A DNA stretch of 64,000 nt from NCBI GenBank assembly GCA_000991415.1, contig LBRM01000004.1, forward strand, positions 1,398-65,397, given 5' to 3'. Of the stretch, positions 1 to 9,328 are shown one piece after another. Under the pieces are notes generated by a model, which worked only from the letters and a program-made list of their open reading frames with translations, was not told where the DNA came from and did no database searches. This DNA comes from Candidatus Nomurabacteria bacterium GW2011_GWA1_36_15. GTDB taxonomy: Bacteria; Patescibacteriota; Minisyncoccia; Phycocordibacterales; UBA9973. Every line of letters starts with the position of its first letter. The stretch's first letter is position 1. The translations under genes and the position numbers were made by a program.

Positions 1-249
1 GATCAATTTTTTCGTTTCGAAAAAGGAGAAGGCAAGTGTGTTATTGATGGTAATTTTTATGAGCTTAAAGACGGGTCGGTTATTATGGTTCCAGCTGGGG
101 CTGAACATAATATTATCAATACATCCAGTTCGGAAGATCTGAAACTTTATACGATTTATTCTCCCGCTCATCATAAAGATGGAATTGTAAAAACTACAAA
201 AAAAGAAGCAGAAAATGGGCCAGAATTTGACGGAGTGACAACAGAATAA
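1..249 (+). CDS. cupin-domain protein, C-terminal fragment (5' end outside window)
   Basis: Open frame from base 1 to TAA at 247-249; translation ...GSVIMVPAGAEHNIINTSSSEDLKLYTIYSPAHH resembles cupin beta-barrel motif G(x)5HxH...PxGxxH. Confidence 0.45.
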   Translation, partial: DQFFRFEKGEGKCVIDGNFYELKDGSVIMVPAGAEHNIINTSSSEDLKLYTIYSPAHHKDGIVKTTKKEAENGPEFDGVTTE

Positions 250-276
250 TAAATAAGATTGTGTTAGAATATCCGT

Positions 277-1023
277 ATGTCCGAGTATTACAAAGCCAAT
301 AGAATAAGAAATGTTTATAATCCAAAGAACCCAGATCCTTTTAAATTGTCTCGCTCTAAAATTGAACTTTTTACCGAGTGTCCAAAATGTTTTTATTTAG
401 ACCGCAGACTGGGAATAGGAAGACCGCCAGGGTTTCCTTTTAATTTAAATACTGCAGTCGATACGCTTTTGAAGAAAGAATTTGATATTCATAGAGCAAA
501 TAAGACCACGCATCCGTTGATGAAAGCATATAAGATAAACGCCATTCCTTTTGATCATGAAATGATGGATGAATGGAGAAGAAATTTTGGCGGAATACAA
601 TATCATCATGAACCCACTAATTTTATAATGACCGGGGCGGTGGATGATTTATGGATTAATCCCAGAGGGGAGCTTATTGTGGTGGACTATAAATCTACCA
701 GTAAACAGGAAAAAGTTACTCTTGATGCCGAGTGGCAAATGGGATACAAAAGACAAATGGAAATGTATCAATGGCTTCTCCGTCAGCTTGGGTTTAAGGT
801 GTCTGACACTGGTTACTTTGTTTACTGTAACGGAAAAACGGACCGCAAAGCATTTGACGGAAAACTGGAATTTGATATTGATTTGATTCCTTATACCGGT
901 GATGATTCGTGGGTAGAAGGTGCATTATTGAAAGTAAAAAAATGCCTGAACGGCAAGATACCAAAAGCCAGCCCCGGATGCGATTATTGTAATTATCGAG
1001 AAGCTGTACAAAAAATAAAGTAA
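277..1023 (+). CDS. PD-(D/E)XK nuclease superfamily protein (Cas4/RecB-like, with N- and C-terminal Cys pairs)
   Basis: 248 aa; core VVDYKST...E.K motif (D-x-K), N-terminal CPKC and C-terminal CDYCNY cysteine clusters as in Cas4/AddB-type Fe-S nucleases. Confidence 0.5.
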   Translation: MSEYYKANRIRNVYNPKNPDPFKLSRSKIELFTECPKCFYLDRRLGIGRPPGFPFNLNTAVDTLLKKEFDIHRANKTTHPLMKAYKINAIPFDHEMMDEWRRNFGGIQYHHEPTNFIMTGAVDDLWINPRGELIVVDYKSTSKQEKVTLDAEWQMGYKRQMEMYQWLLRQLGFKVSDTGYFVYCNGKTDRKAFDGKLEFDIDLIPYTGDDSWVEGALLKVKKCLNGKIPKASPGCDYCNYREAVQKIK

Positions 1024-1187
1024 AAATTAAAACAATAATCCAGGTCCATTATCCAGCCAGCCCAAGTAAAAACCCAAGACGATAAAAAGAATTGTTAAAA
1101 TAATTAAAATCCAGTCGGTTTTTTCCACGTTTTTATTATAACAAATATAGCAAAAAAGCCATTTTTGTGATATATTTTGTTAATCAA

Positions 1188-1913
1188 ATGGAGAAAGAAA
1201 TTAAAAAGAGTCCATCTGTCATGGCGGGTAAAGAGCATCCACTTTCAATATTGGCCAATCGAGCTTATGATATTTTTTCCTCGCTTGGCTTTGAAATTGC
1301 CGTCGGACCGGAGTTGGAAAGTGAATGGTATAACTTTGATGTTTTAAATGTTTCCAAAGATCATCCTGCCCGGGACATGCAAGACACTTTTTTTATCAAA
1401 GACCAAAAGGAAAAAGTACTTCGCACCCATACAACAAATGTTTCAGCTCGGGCAATCGAAAAAGCAAGCAAAGAGGGCAGAATACCGTGCGCATTCATTT
1501 CTATTGGGAAAGTTTTTAGAAATGAAGCAACAGATTCAACGCACGAAACGCAGTTTTTCCAGATAGACGGAACCATGATTGGCGAAGATATTTCCATTGC
1601 AGATTTAAAAGGTATCCTTACTTATTTTTATAAAAAAATGCTAGGCGATGAAGTGGAAATGGAATTTCGTCCAAGTTTTTTTCCTTTTGTTGAACCCGGC
1701 CTTGAAGTTTGGTTAAAATTTAAAGATCAGTGGTTAGAAGTTATGGGTGCTGGCATGCTTCATCCGAATGTATTAAAAAATGTCGGTCTTGATCCCAAAA
1801 AGATTCGAGGTTTTGCTTTTGGCGGAGGGCTTGATCGTATTGCTATGGTCAAATGGAATATTTCTGACGTTCGTCTTTTTTATCAAGGAGACTTAAGATT
1901 AAATCAATTTTGA
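1188..1913 (+). CDS. pheS: phenylalanine--tRNA ligase alpha subunit (short form)
   Basis: Class II aaRS motifs: DHPARDMQDTFF, RTHTTNVSARAIE, FRNEATDSTHETQFFQIDG, FFPFVEPGLEV, GAGMLHPNVL...GFAFGGGLDRIAM. ORF track starts at GTG 1167; ATG 1188 (MEKEIKK) preferred because TGATATATT -10-like box overlaps 1167. Confidence 0.9.
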   Translation: MEKEIKKSPSVMAGKEHPLSILANRAYDIFSSLGFEIAVGPELESEWYNFDVLNVSKDHPARDMQDTFFIKDQKEKVLRTHTTNVSARAIEKASKEGRIPCAFISIGKVFRNEATDSTHETQFFQIDGTMIGEDISIADLKGILTYFYKKMLGDEVEMEFRPSFFPFVEPGLEVWLKFKDQWLEVMGAGMLHPNVLKNVGLDPKKIRGFAFGGGLDRIAMVKWNISDVRLFYQGDLRLNQF

Positions 1914-1916
1914 AAA

Positions 1917-3752
1917 ATGAAAATATCTTATAATTGGCTCAAATGGTATATCCCGGAAATTCCAAAAGCAGAAAAATTACGAGATATTTTTACCTATTAT
2001 CTTTGTGAAGTTGAAAACATTGAAAAAAAAGGGGGCGATACTATTTTTGATGTAAATATTTTACCAAACAGGGCGCATGATTTGCTTAGCCACCTTGGTA
2101 TTGCTCGGGAACTCGCTTCACTTTTGAATATATCTTTTAAAGATCCAACTCCGATGTATAAAATTCCAGAGACGAAATCTACTAATTTAAAAATAAAATT
2201 GGAAACTGATAAATGCCGTCGTTATATGGGGCGGATCGTAAGAAATGTGAAAATTGGGCCCTCGCCCGACTGGGTACAGAAACATTTAGAGTCTATTGGG
2301 CAAAGAAGCATCAATAATATTGTAGATGCAACAAATATTGTTATGTATGATTCCGGACAGCCATGTCATGCTTTTGACTTGGATAAACTAGCGAACGAGA
2401 TATTAATTATTAGGCAGGCAAAAGAAGGAGAAAATATAACAACTCTTGATGGCAAAGAAGTGAAACTTTCGTCTATGGATATGGTGATTGCGGATGAAAA
2501 AAATATTCTAGCCATTGCTGGGGTGAAAGGCGGGAAGCTTGCCGAAGTGGATGGAAATACCAGAAATATTTTGATAGAAGTAGCGAGTTTTGATCCTATC
2601 TCTGTGCGTAAAACCTCAAAAAGAATGGGAATTTTAACTGATTCTTCTAAAAGATTTGAGAATAATTTATCTCCGGAAATTGTTTTTTATGCCATGAGAG
2701 AGATTTCGGGACTTTTAGTCGAATATGGCGGACTTGAGTTTGAAAAAATAATAGATATTTATCCAAACAAACAAAAACCCAGAGGACTTTCTTTTTCGGC
2801 TGATAAAATATCTAAAATTTTAGGGGTGGCAATATCGGAAACCGAAATAGAAAATATTTTGAAAAGATATAATTTTGAATATGAAAATAAAAATAGAGAA
2901 TTTAAAATTGTTATTCCACCGACGCGTTTTGATTTGGAGATAGAAGAGGATATGGCAGAAGAGATAGGAAGAATTTTGGGATACGATAAGGTAAAGCCAA
3001 AAATTCCGAAAATTAATTTCAAACCGAAAGTAAATAATACATATGCAAAAATTAGTTGGGCGCGGAATAAATTACTTAGTGAAGGTTATAGCGAAGTGAT
3101 GACTTATAGTTTTTGTAATAAAGGAGAAGTAGAAGTACTTGCCTCTGCATCAGATAAAAATTTTTTAAGAACAGGTTTGAATAACGGTTTAAAAGAAAGT
3201 TTGAAATTAAATCAACTCAATGCGCCCTTGTTTCAGATGGATGATATAAAAATTTTTGAAATTGGGACGGTATTTAAAAAAGGTACGGAAGAGATAAATA
3301 TTGCTTATGGTGATAAAAAAGAAATAAAAGAAATTGAATTAAATAAATTTGTTTCTGAAAAGCTTTCTTCTGAAGAGCACGGATATTTTTCTGCTGAAAA
3401 ATTCCTCGTGCTCGCGCCGTCGCGCTCCCAAGTCTCTTCAGGAGAAACTTTTCATTCACAAATTTTCAAAATGTGGTCAATGTATCCATTTATCACCCGT
3501 GATATTGCAGTCTGGGTTCCAGAAAATATTTCAAGTAGTGAGGTAGAGAAAGTTATAAAAAATAATGCCGGAGAACTTGTTATAAGGGGTCCAGAACTAT
3601 TTGATCAGTTTAAAAAAGGGAACCAAATTTCTTACGCTTTTAAGTTGGTTTTTCAATCTTATGAAAGAACTCTTACAGATGATGAAGTTAATGAAATTAT
3701 GGCTAAAATAGGCCATAAAATAAGCGAAAATTCAAGCTGGCAAATACGATAA
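1917..3752 (+). CDS. pheT: phenylalanine--tRNA ligase beta subunit (short form lacking N-terminal tRNA-binding domain)
   Basis: 611 aa; B3/B4 motif IVDATNIVMYDSGQPCHAFDLDKL, B5 and C-terminal FDX-ACB-like region; directly follows pheS. Confidence 0.88.
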   Translation: MKISYNWLKWYIPEIPKAEKLRDIFTYYLCEVENIEKKGGDTIFDVNILPNRAHDLLSHLGIARELASLLNISFKDPTPMYKIPETKSTNLKIKLETDKCRRYMGRIVRNVKIGPSPDWVQKHLESIGQRSINNIVDATNIVMYDSGQPCHAFDLDKLANEILIIRQAKEGENITTLDGKEVKLSSMDMVIADEKNILAIAGVKGGKLAEVDGNTRNILIEVASFDPISVRKTSKRMGILTDSSKRFENNLSPEIVFYAMREISGLLVEYGGLEFEKIIDIYPNKQKPRGLSFSADKISKILGVAISETEIENILKRYNFEYENKNREFKIVIPPTRFDLEIEEDMAEEIGRILGYDKVKPKIPKINFKPKVNNTYAKISWARNKLLSEGYSEVMTYSFCNKGEVEVLASASDKNFLRTGLNNGLKESLKLNQLNAPLFQMDDIKIFEIGTVFKKGTEEINIAYGDKKEIKEIELNKFVSEKLSSEEHGYFSAEKFLVLAPSRSQVSSGETFHSQIFKMWSMYPFITRDIAVWVPENISSSEVEKVIKNNAGELVIRGPELFDQFKKGNQISYAFKLVFQSYERTLTDDEVNEIMAKIGHKISENSSWQIR

Positions 3753-3840
3753 AACACTAGTTTTTTTGTTACTTTTTTGCTATAATATATAAAGCAAAAA
3801 TAGATTTTTGCTTTTATTTTTGAGTCAATTTTGACACCAA

Positions 3841-5928
3841 ATGGCTAAAGAAAAAGAGATAAAAAGTGGGCATCATTATGATGCCTCAGATATATCGGTT
3901 CTCGAAGGACTTGATCCGGTTAGACGTCGTCCCGGAATGTATATCGGAACCACAGGTCCCGAAGGATTACATCATTTAGTTTGGGAAATTTTTGATAACT
4001 CACGCGATGAAGCGATGGGTGGTTTTTGTGATGATATAGAAGTTGTGCTTTTACCAAATAATCGTGTTCGTGTGGCAGACAATGGCAGAGGCGTGCCTGT
4101 TGATATACATAAAAAAACTAAAGTATCCGCCTTAGAAACGGTAATGACCACACTTCATGCCGGAGGAAAATTCGGAGGGGAAAACAGTGGATATAAAGTT
4201 TCTGGAGGATTGCATGGTGTTGGGGCCTCCGTTGTGAATGCGCTTTCTATTTACTGTAAAGCAGAAGTGCACAAAGATGGTGGCAAATATATCCAGGAAT
4301 ATTCTCAGGGTAAGAAAAAATCTCTGGTGAAAAAAGTCAATTCTTCCAAGTTGCATGGAACTATTATCACTTTTGAACCAGATAAAGAAATTTTTAAAGA
4401 TATAAAATTTGATTGGAATACGATTATTGGTCACATTCGTCAACAAGCATATTTGGTAAAAGGGCTTAAAATTTTAATAATTGATGCTCGGGGATACGAG
4501 GGAAAAATAGATGATTCAGATGTTTTCTATTTTAGAGAGCTGGGACTTGAATTGCCTTCTGTCTCTTTTTATTTTGAGGGAGGGCTTACTTCGCTTATAA
4601 AATATTATAATAAGTTTCAGAAACCGGTTCATAATAGTATTTTTTATGTCGAGAAAGAATTGGATAATGTACTAGTAGAAATAGCTCTTCAATATGTGGA
4701 TGATATTGTGGACCGTATCATTCCTTTTGCCAACAATATTTATACGGGAGAAGGTGGCACGCATGTGACTGGCTTTAAAACTGCATTAACTAGAACCCTA
4801 AACACCTACTGCAAAAAAAATGAAATGATGAAAGAATCGGAAGGTGGTTTTACAGGGGATGATGTTTTAGAAGGTTTGACTTGTGTTATTTCCGTTAAGC
4901 TTCGGGAAATCCAATTTGAGGGCCAAACAAAAGCAAAATTGGGTTCTATGGAAGCACAGGGTGCCGTTGGTACCGTATTCGGGGAAACATTTACAAACTT
5001 TCTAGAAGAAAATCCAGATGAAGCGAAAGCTATAATTAATAAATCTGTGCTTGCTTTAAAAGCACGTAAAGCCGCCAAGGCAGCAAAAGATTCGGTACTT
5101 CGCAAAGGTGCGCTTGAAGGTATGACCCTTCCTGGTAAATTAGCAGATTGTCAAAGTAAAAGTGCAGAAGAATCTGAATTATTTTTAGTGGAAGGAGATT
5201 CAGCTGGTGGTTCAGCCAAACAAGGCAGAGATAGACGCATTCAAGCGGTGTTGCCTCTTCGCGGAAAAATTTTAAATGTTGAACGCGCGCGCATAGATAA
5301 AATGTTGGCCTCTAAAGAAGTAAGAGCTCTAGTTATTGCTATGGGAACTTCTATTGGAGATACTTTTGATCTTTCTAAAATGCGTTATCATAAAATAATT
5401 ATTGCGACAGATGCTGATGTTGATGGGGCGCATATTCGTACCCTTTTACTTACTCTTTTTTATAGATATTTTAGACAAGTCATTGAAACGGGATATATTT
5501 ATATTGCCCAACCACCGCTTTATAAGATAAAAAAAGGCAAAGAAATCAGTTATGCTTATTCTGATGCAGAAAAAATAAAAATTATTGGGAAAGAAACCGA
5601 TGTAAGTGAAATACAAGCGGTAGAAACTGATGTTGAAGTTCCGGAAGGGGAAATTATTGAAAATGAAAAATCACCCGCCCGAACGGCCGAGGCCTCTCGG
5701 TCGGGCGGGAATAAAATTCATATCCAACGCTACAAAGGTCTCGGGGAAATGAATCCGGAGGAACTCTGGGAAACGACTATGGATCCGGCCCATCGCGTAC
5801 TGAAGAAAGTAAATATAGACGATGCCGAAGAAGCCAATAAAGTTTTTGAAATTCTAATGGGCTCTGAAGTTCCTCCTCGCAAATCTTTTATTCAGTCCAA
5901 CGCCAAATTAGCGGAGATTGATATTTAA
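3841..5928 (+). CDS. gyrB: DNA gyrase subunit B
   Basis: GHKL ATPase HHLVWEIFDNSRDEAMGG, LHGVGASVVNALS; TOPRIM EGDSAGGSAKQGRDRR, IIIATDADVDGAHIRTLLLTLFYRY, PPLYKI. Confidence 0.95.
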   Translation: MAKEKEIKSGHHYDASDISVLEGLDPVRRRPGMYIGTTGPEGLHHLVWEIFDNSRDEAMGGFCDDIEVVLLPNNRVRVADNGRGVPVDIHKKTKVSALETVMTTLHAGGKFGGENSGYKVSGGLHGVGASVVNALSIYCKAEVHKDGGKYIQEYSQGKKKSLVKKVNSSKLHGTIITFEPDKEIFKDIKFDWNTIIGHIRQQAYLVKGLKILIIDARGYEGKIDDSDVFYFRELGLELPSVSFYFEGGLTSLIKYYNKFQKPVHNSIFYVEKELDNVLVEIALQYVDDIVDRIIPFANNIYTGEGGTHVTGFKTALTRTLNTYCKKNEMMKESEGGFTGDDVLEGLTCVISVKLREIQFEGQTKAKLGSMEAQGAVGTVFGETFTNFLEENPDEAKAIINKSVLALKARKAAKAAKDSVLRKGALEGMTLPGKLADCQSKSAEESELFLVEGDSAGGSAKQGRDRRIQAVLPLRGKILNVERARIDKMLASKEVRALVIAMGTSIGDTFDLSKMRYHKIIIATDADVDGAHIRTLLLTLFYRYFRQVIETGYIYIAQPPLYKIKKGKEISYAYSDAEKIKIIGKETDVSEIQAVETDVEVPEGEIIENEKSPARTAEASRSGGNKIHIQRYKGLGEMNPEELWETTMDPAHRVLKKVNIDDAEEANKVFEILMGSEVPPRKSFIQSNAKLAEIDI

Positions 5929-7682
5929 CTACTTTTCTCTTCTATTTCTTTTTTTAGCTTTGTGAGAAATTCTTCAGTGGAAATGTTTTCAAATTTTTTA
6001 TCGTTTCTGCCTTCCACGGTAAGCTTTTTTGATCCTTTTTCCCTGTCACCGATAATTATTAGATATGGAATTTTTTGTACCTTTGCGTTGCGAATTTTTT
6101 TACTCAAAGATTCATTAGATTCATCAAGCTCCACACGCACGTCATTTTCTTTTAGAGTTTTAAAAATTTCAGTGGCATAGTCCAGATGTTTGTCTCCCGA
6201 AATTGGAATAATTTTTATTTGCACTGGAGAGAGCCAAAGAGGGAATGCGCCAGCATAATGTTCAATTAAAATTCCCATAAATCTTTCAAAAGAACCCAAT
6301 ATAGCCACATGTAGAACTACTACTCGATGTTTTTTGCCGTCTTCTCCCACATAATCCATCTCGAAATTATTTGGTTGATTAAAATCAAGTTGTATTGTTG
6401 CTAGTTGCCATTCTCTTCCGATCGAATCTTTTATTTTTATGTCAATTTTAGGTCCATAAAATGCAGCTTCGCCTTCCTCAACGTTGTATTTTAGACCCAT
6501 TTTTTTTGCAGAATTAATTAATATTTTTTCTGCATTCTCCCATATTTCATCATTTCCGAAATATTTTTCTTTATTTTTAGTGTTTCGTGTAGAAACTTCG
6601 ACTTTGTAATTATCAAAACCAAATAATTTGTAAACTTTTCGCATCAAACTAAAAATCATTTCAATTTCTGATTCAATTTGATCAGTTCTTATGAAATGAT
6701 GAGTGTCGTCTTGGGTTAGATTTTTAACGCGCAGAAGTCCGGATAATTCACCGCTTTTTTCATTGCGATAGACGGTTGTATTTTCTGCTATACGTAAAGG
6801 TAAATCACGATAGCTATGTAGTTCTGCATTATATATTTCAAAATGATGAGGGCAATTCATCGCTTTCATGACAAATTCTTCACCATCTTCATCCGTCATA
6901 ATTGGCATCATTGCGTTATATTTACCTATGTGTCCGCTACGAATGTAGAGTTCTTTTCTGGCTATGTGTGGAATGGTTACAAAAAAATAACCCAATTTTT
7001 CTTTTTCTTTTCTTATGAAATTTTCTAATTCAGTTTTAATGATATTGCCTTTTGGTAAATACATTGGTAGCCCTTTGCCAACTAAATCTGAGATAGTAAA
7101 CAAACTAAGTTCTTTTCCTAATTTCTTGTGGTCCCTCTTTTCGGCTTCTTTACGCATTTTGATGTATTCATCAAGTTTTTCTTTTGTCTCAAAAGCCAAT
7201 CCGTAAATACGAGTAAGCATTTTGTTTTTTTCATTTCCACGCCAATATGCTCCAGCCACACGGTCTAACTTAAATGAATCAAATTTAATTTCTTTACTTG
7301 GATTTTTCAAATGTCCTCCTCGGCAAAGATCTGTAAAATCTCCACATTTATAAAAAGTTATTTTTTCACCTTTTCCAATGATTTCTTCTATCAGTTCTAT
7401 TTTGTATTCATTCTTTTTAAAATATTCTTTTGCCTCTTTTTCACTTTTTTCTTTACTCTCAAACTCTTTCCAAGATTTTAAAATCTCTTTCATTTTCTTC
7501 TCTATTTTAGGCAAATCTTTATCAGAAATAGGTGAACTAAACTCAAAATCATAATAAAAACCGTCTTCTATTGATGGGCCGATAGTATTTTTTGTATCTG
7601 GATATATCTTTAAAACAGCTGCAGCTAAAAGGTGAGCTAAAGAATGTCTTAAATTATGCAGTTTTTCATTCTTATTTTCCAT
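5925..7682 (-). CDS. thrS: threonine--tRNA ligase
   Basis: 585 aa; HSLAHLLAAA (HxxxH second-additional domain), class II core FYGPKIDIKIKDSIGREWQLATIQLDFNQP, anticodon-binding C-terminus. Confidence 0.9.
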   Translation of the reverse strand: MENKNEKLHNLRHSLAHLLAAAVLKIYPDTKNTIGPSIEDGFYYDFEFSSPISDKDLPKIEKKMKEILKSWKEFESKEKSEKEAKEYFKKNEYKIELIEEIIGKGEKITFYKCGDFTDLCRGGHLKNPSKEIKFDSFKLDRVAGAYWRGNEKNKMLTRIYGLAFETKEKLDEYIKMRKEAEKRDHKKLGKELSLFTISDLVGKGLPMYLPKGNIIKTELENFIRKEKEKLGYFFVTIPHIARKELYIRSGHIGKYNAMMPIMTDEDGEEFVMKAMNCPHHFEIYNAELHSYRDLPLRIAENTTVYRNEKSGELSGLLRVKNLTQDDTHHFIRTDQIESEIEMIFSLMRKVYKLFGFDNYKVEVSTRNTKNKEKYFGNDEIWENAEKILINSAKKMGLKYNVEEGEAAFYGPKIDIKIKDSIGREWQLATIQLDFNQPNNFEMDYVGEDGKKHRVVVLHVAILGSFERFMGILIEHYAGAFPLWLSPVQIKIIPISGDKHLDYATEIFKTLKENDVRVELDESNESLSKKIRNAKVQKIPYLIIIGDREKGSKKLTVEGRNDKKFENISTEEFLTKLKKEIEEKSS

Positions 7683-7837
7683 AAAAAGTCCTTTAATTAT
7701 AGCATTTTTATGATTAACAAAAGACTTGCTTTTTACATAGTATATGATATAATATATGAGACAAAATAATTGTTCTTTGTCACCTTTAAAACCGTGCCTG
7801 ACGGGTTTCAGGTAATAAATAAAAGGAGAAATAAATT

Positions 7838-8572
7838 ATGAACGACATGTTAGCACGCCAAAAAGCACGCGCTGTCGGTAAAATTACCACTGCTCTGCTT
7901 CTAAATGATCCTTCCGAAGAAGATCTACGAGTTATAAACTCGCTTCCTGACGCAACCATAAAAAGACGCGTCAAGACAATCTACTTTCCTGGTGTAAAGG
8001 GTCTTGTAAAAAAAGTTGAAGGGGTGTATCCGGAATCTCTACTTGAGTTTCACGATGGTTGGGTAGAATTCTATAAAAACTTTGGTATTACAATTGACTT
8101 AAATGATTTTCCACTTCCCAAAAATATAATTTTGGAACCGGAACAAAATTATTGGTCTATTGTTGTTCCAGATATGAATCCTCAAAAAGCATTCGAATTA
8201 CGCAAACAAATTACTTCTGTTTATGAATACACAAGTGTTTCAAAAATAATTGATGTGTATCCAAGAATAAAAGTGTCTGTAATTAAAGCTAATTTGGATA
8301 CCAAAGTTGAGTATCCTAATGTTTCGCTCAACAAAAGCATGGAACTTGGTCTATTTGGCACTACATTCACCGAAGGCTGTCTAATTGATGGTCGAGTGTT
8401 CAAAGATAGTGGTGTTCATCTTGATGTTAGTAGTTGGACACTTCACACCGGTTCTCGTGGCTCGGATGGCAGGGTTCCGCGCTCGCGCTGGCTCGACGTC
8501 GAGTTCAATGTGCGTTCCTATAATCCGGACTATGCGAGTCCTTACTTGTCTCTCCGCCAAAAGCAGTTTTAA
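7838..8572 (+). CDS. DGR target protein with C-terminal variable region (VR)
   Basis: 244 aa; AAAGGAG RBS; last ~40 codons (8449-8559) are near-identical to a downstream template repeat except at TR adenines; VR codons R/G/L/D/Y/S correspond to AAY (Asn) codons in TR. Confidence 0.8.
   Translation: MNDMLARQKARAVGKITTALLLNDPSEEDLRVINSLPDATIKRRVKTIYFPGVKGLVKKVEGVYPESLLEFHDGWVEFYKNFGITIDLNDFPLPKNIILEPEQNYWSIVVPDMNPQKAFELRKQITSVYEYTSVSKIIDVYPRIKVSVIKANLDTKVEYPNVSLNKSMELGLFGTTFTEGCLIDGRVFKDSGVHLDVSSWTLHTGSRGSDGRVPRSRWLDVEFNVRSYNPDYASPYLSLRQKQF
8449..8559 (+). repeat. DGR variable region (VR) at 3' end of target gene
   Basis: 111-nt block aligning to 8832-8942; by manual alignment ~22 mismatches, ~20 at positions where TR has A. 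Confidence 0.8.
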
Positions 8573-8601
8573 ACTTTTTGCTTTTGACTTTTAATCTTTT
8601 T

Positions 8602-8634
8602 CGCGTTAGTTTTTAGCTAACGCGATTTTTTTAT
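8602..8634 (+). terminator. rho-independent terminator / GC hairpin downstream of VR
   Basis: cgcgttag-tttttag-ctaacgcg perfect 8-bp stem followed by ATTTTTTT. Confidence 0.7.
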
Positions 8635-8831
8635 GTTAAAATATACTTGGCTAATAAACTGATCTTATAAAATTAAGATAACAGTTTGCCATGTTAAGAA
8701 ACTGCTTACAAAAAATTGAGCATAGATAATACAGTTTAGTAATGATGCTACATATTGCTCACAACCGTGAGAAAACACAGAGAATTAGGCAACTGATTTG
8801 TCGGTGGAATAGATGATTTTTTGTAATAGGA

Positions 8832-8942
8832 CGGTTCTCGTAATTCGGATGGCAATGTTCCGAACTCGAACTGGAACAACGACAAGTTCAATGTGAATTC
8901 AAATAATCCGGACAATGCGAATCCAAACTTGTCTCTCCGCCA
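8832..8942 (+). repeat. DGR template repeat (TR)
   Basis: Non-coding copy of VR; in VR frame encodes GSRNSDGNVPNSNWNNDKFNVNSNNPDNANPNLSLRQ, i.e. 12+ AAY codons, hallmark of adenine-directed mutagenesis templates; 3' end diverges from VR (IMH-like). Confidence 0.8.
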
Positions 8943-8956
8943 GAAGTTTCTCACTT

Positions 8957-8988
8957 AAATCCGCTTTCAATTTTGATTGAGCGGATTT
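8957..8988 (+). promoter_or_regulatory. stable hairpin immediately 3' of TR (possible DGR RNA structural element / terminator)
   Basis: aaatccgct-(14 nt loop)-agcggattt, 9-bp stem, followed by TTTTGTGTTT. Confidence 0.5.
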
Positions 8989-9302
8989 TGTGTTTGCAGA
9001 TATTTTAACCAACCATTTGTCATTTTAGAAATTTCTTGCAATTTTAGTTCTATGTTTAGATATGCTTTTTCTGTTATGACTTTTATTTCATATTCTGTTC
9101 TGAATAATTGTTTTAATGTTTCTATTTGGAGTCTTGCTTTCTTGACCGAAGTTACCTTTTCAGATTTTGGTTCAAGTGAAGCGTTTATTAAAAAAGAAAA
9201 AGCTTGTAAAAATTCTTTTTCAATATAATTATGAATTCCCAATTTGTCTCGTTTCGGCAACTTGTTGCCAATCGTATACACATAGATATATAATTTTCTC
9301 AT
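8967..9302 (-). CDS. avd: Avd-like accessory variability determinant (four-helix-bundle, TIGR02436-like)
   Basis: 111 aa; IYVYTIGNKLPKRDKLGIHNYIEKEF... matches FPKxEKyGLxsQirRAA pattern and C-terminal EIsKMtngWL of bAvd-type proteins; sits between TR and RT but on the opposite strand. Confidence 0.6.
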   Translation of the reverse strand: MRKLYIYVYTIGNKLPKRDKLGIHNYIEKEFLQAFSFLINASLEPKSEKVTSVKKARLQIETLKQLFRTEYEIKVITEKAYLNIELKLQEISKMTNGWLKYLQTQNPLNQN

Positions 9303-9328
9303 TTTGTGAACAACAGGGATGTTAAAAA

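Noticed and set aside
644-886. Numerous 60-120-aa ORFs nested inside or antisense to large conserved genes (for example 644-886, 1348-1597, 2759-3022, 21175-21480, 26329-27066, 46851-47327)
   Set aside because: All lie within strongly supported housekeeping CDSs on alternative frames or strands and show low-complexity translations; treated as spurious.
8748-9228. ORFs 8748-8954 (-) and 8977-9228 (+)
   Set aside because: First overlaps the DGR template repeat (non-coding by DGR logic); second is antisense to the well-formed Avd-like gene and has low-complexity junk translation.
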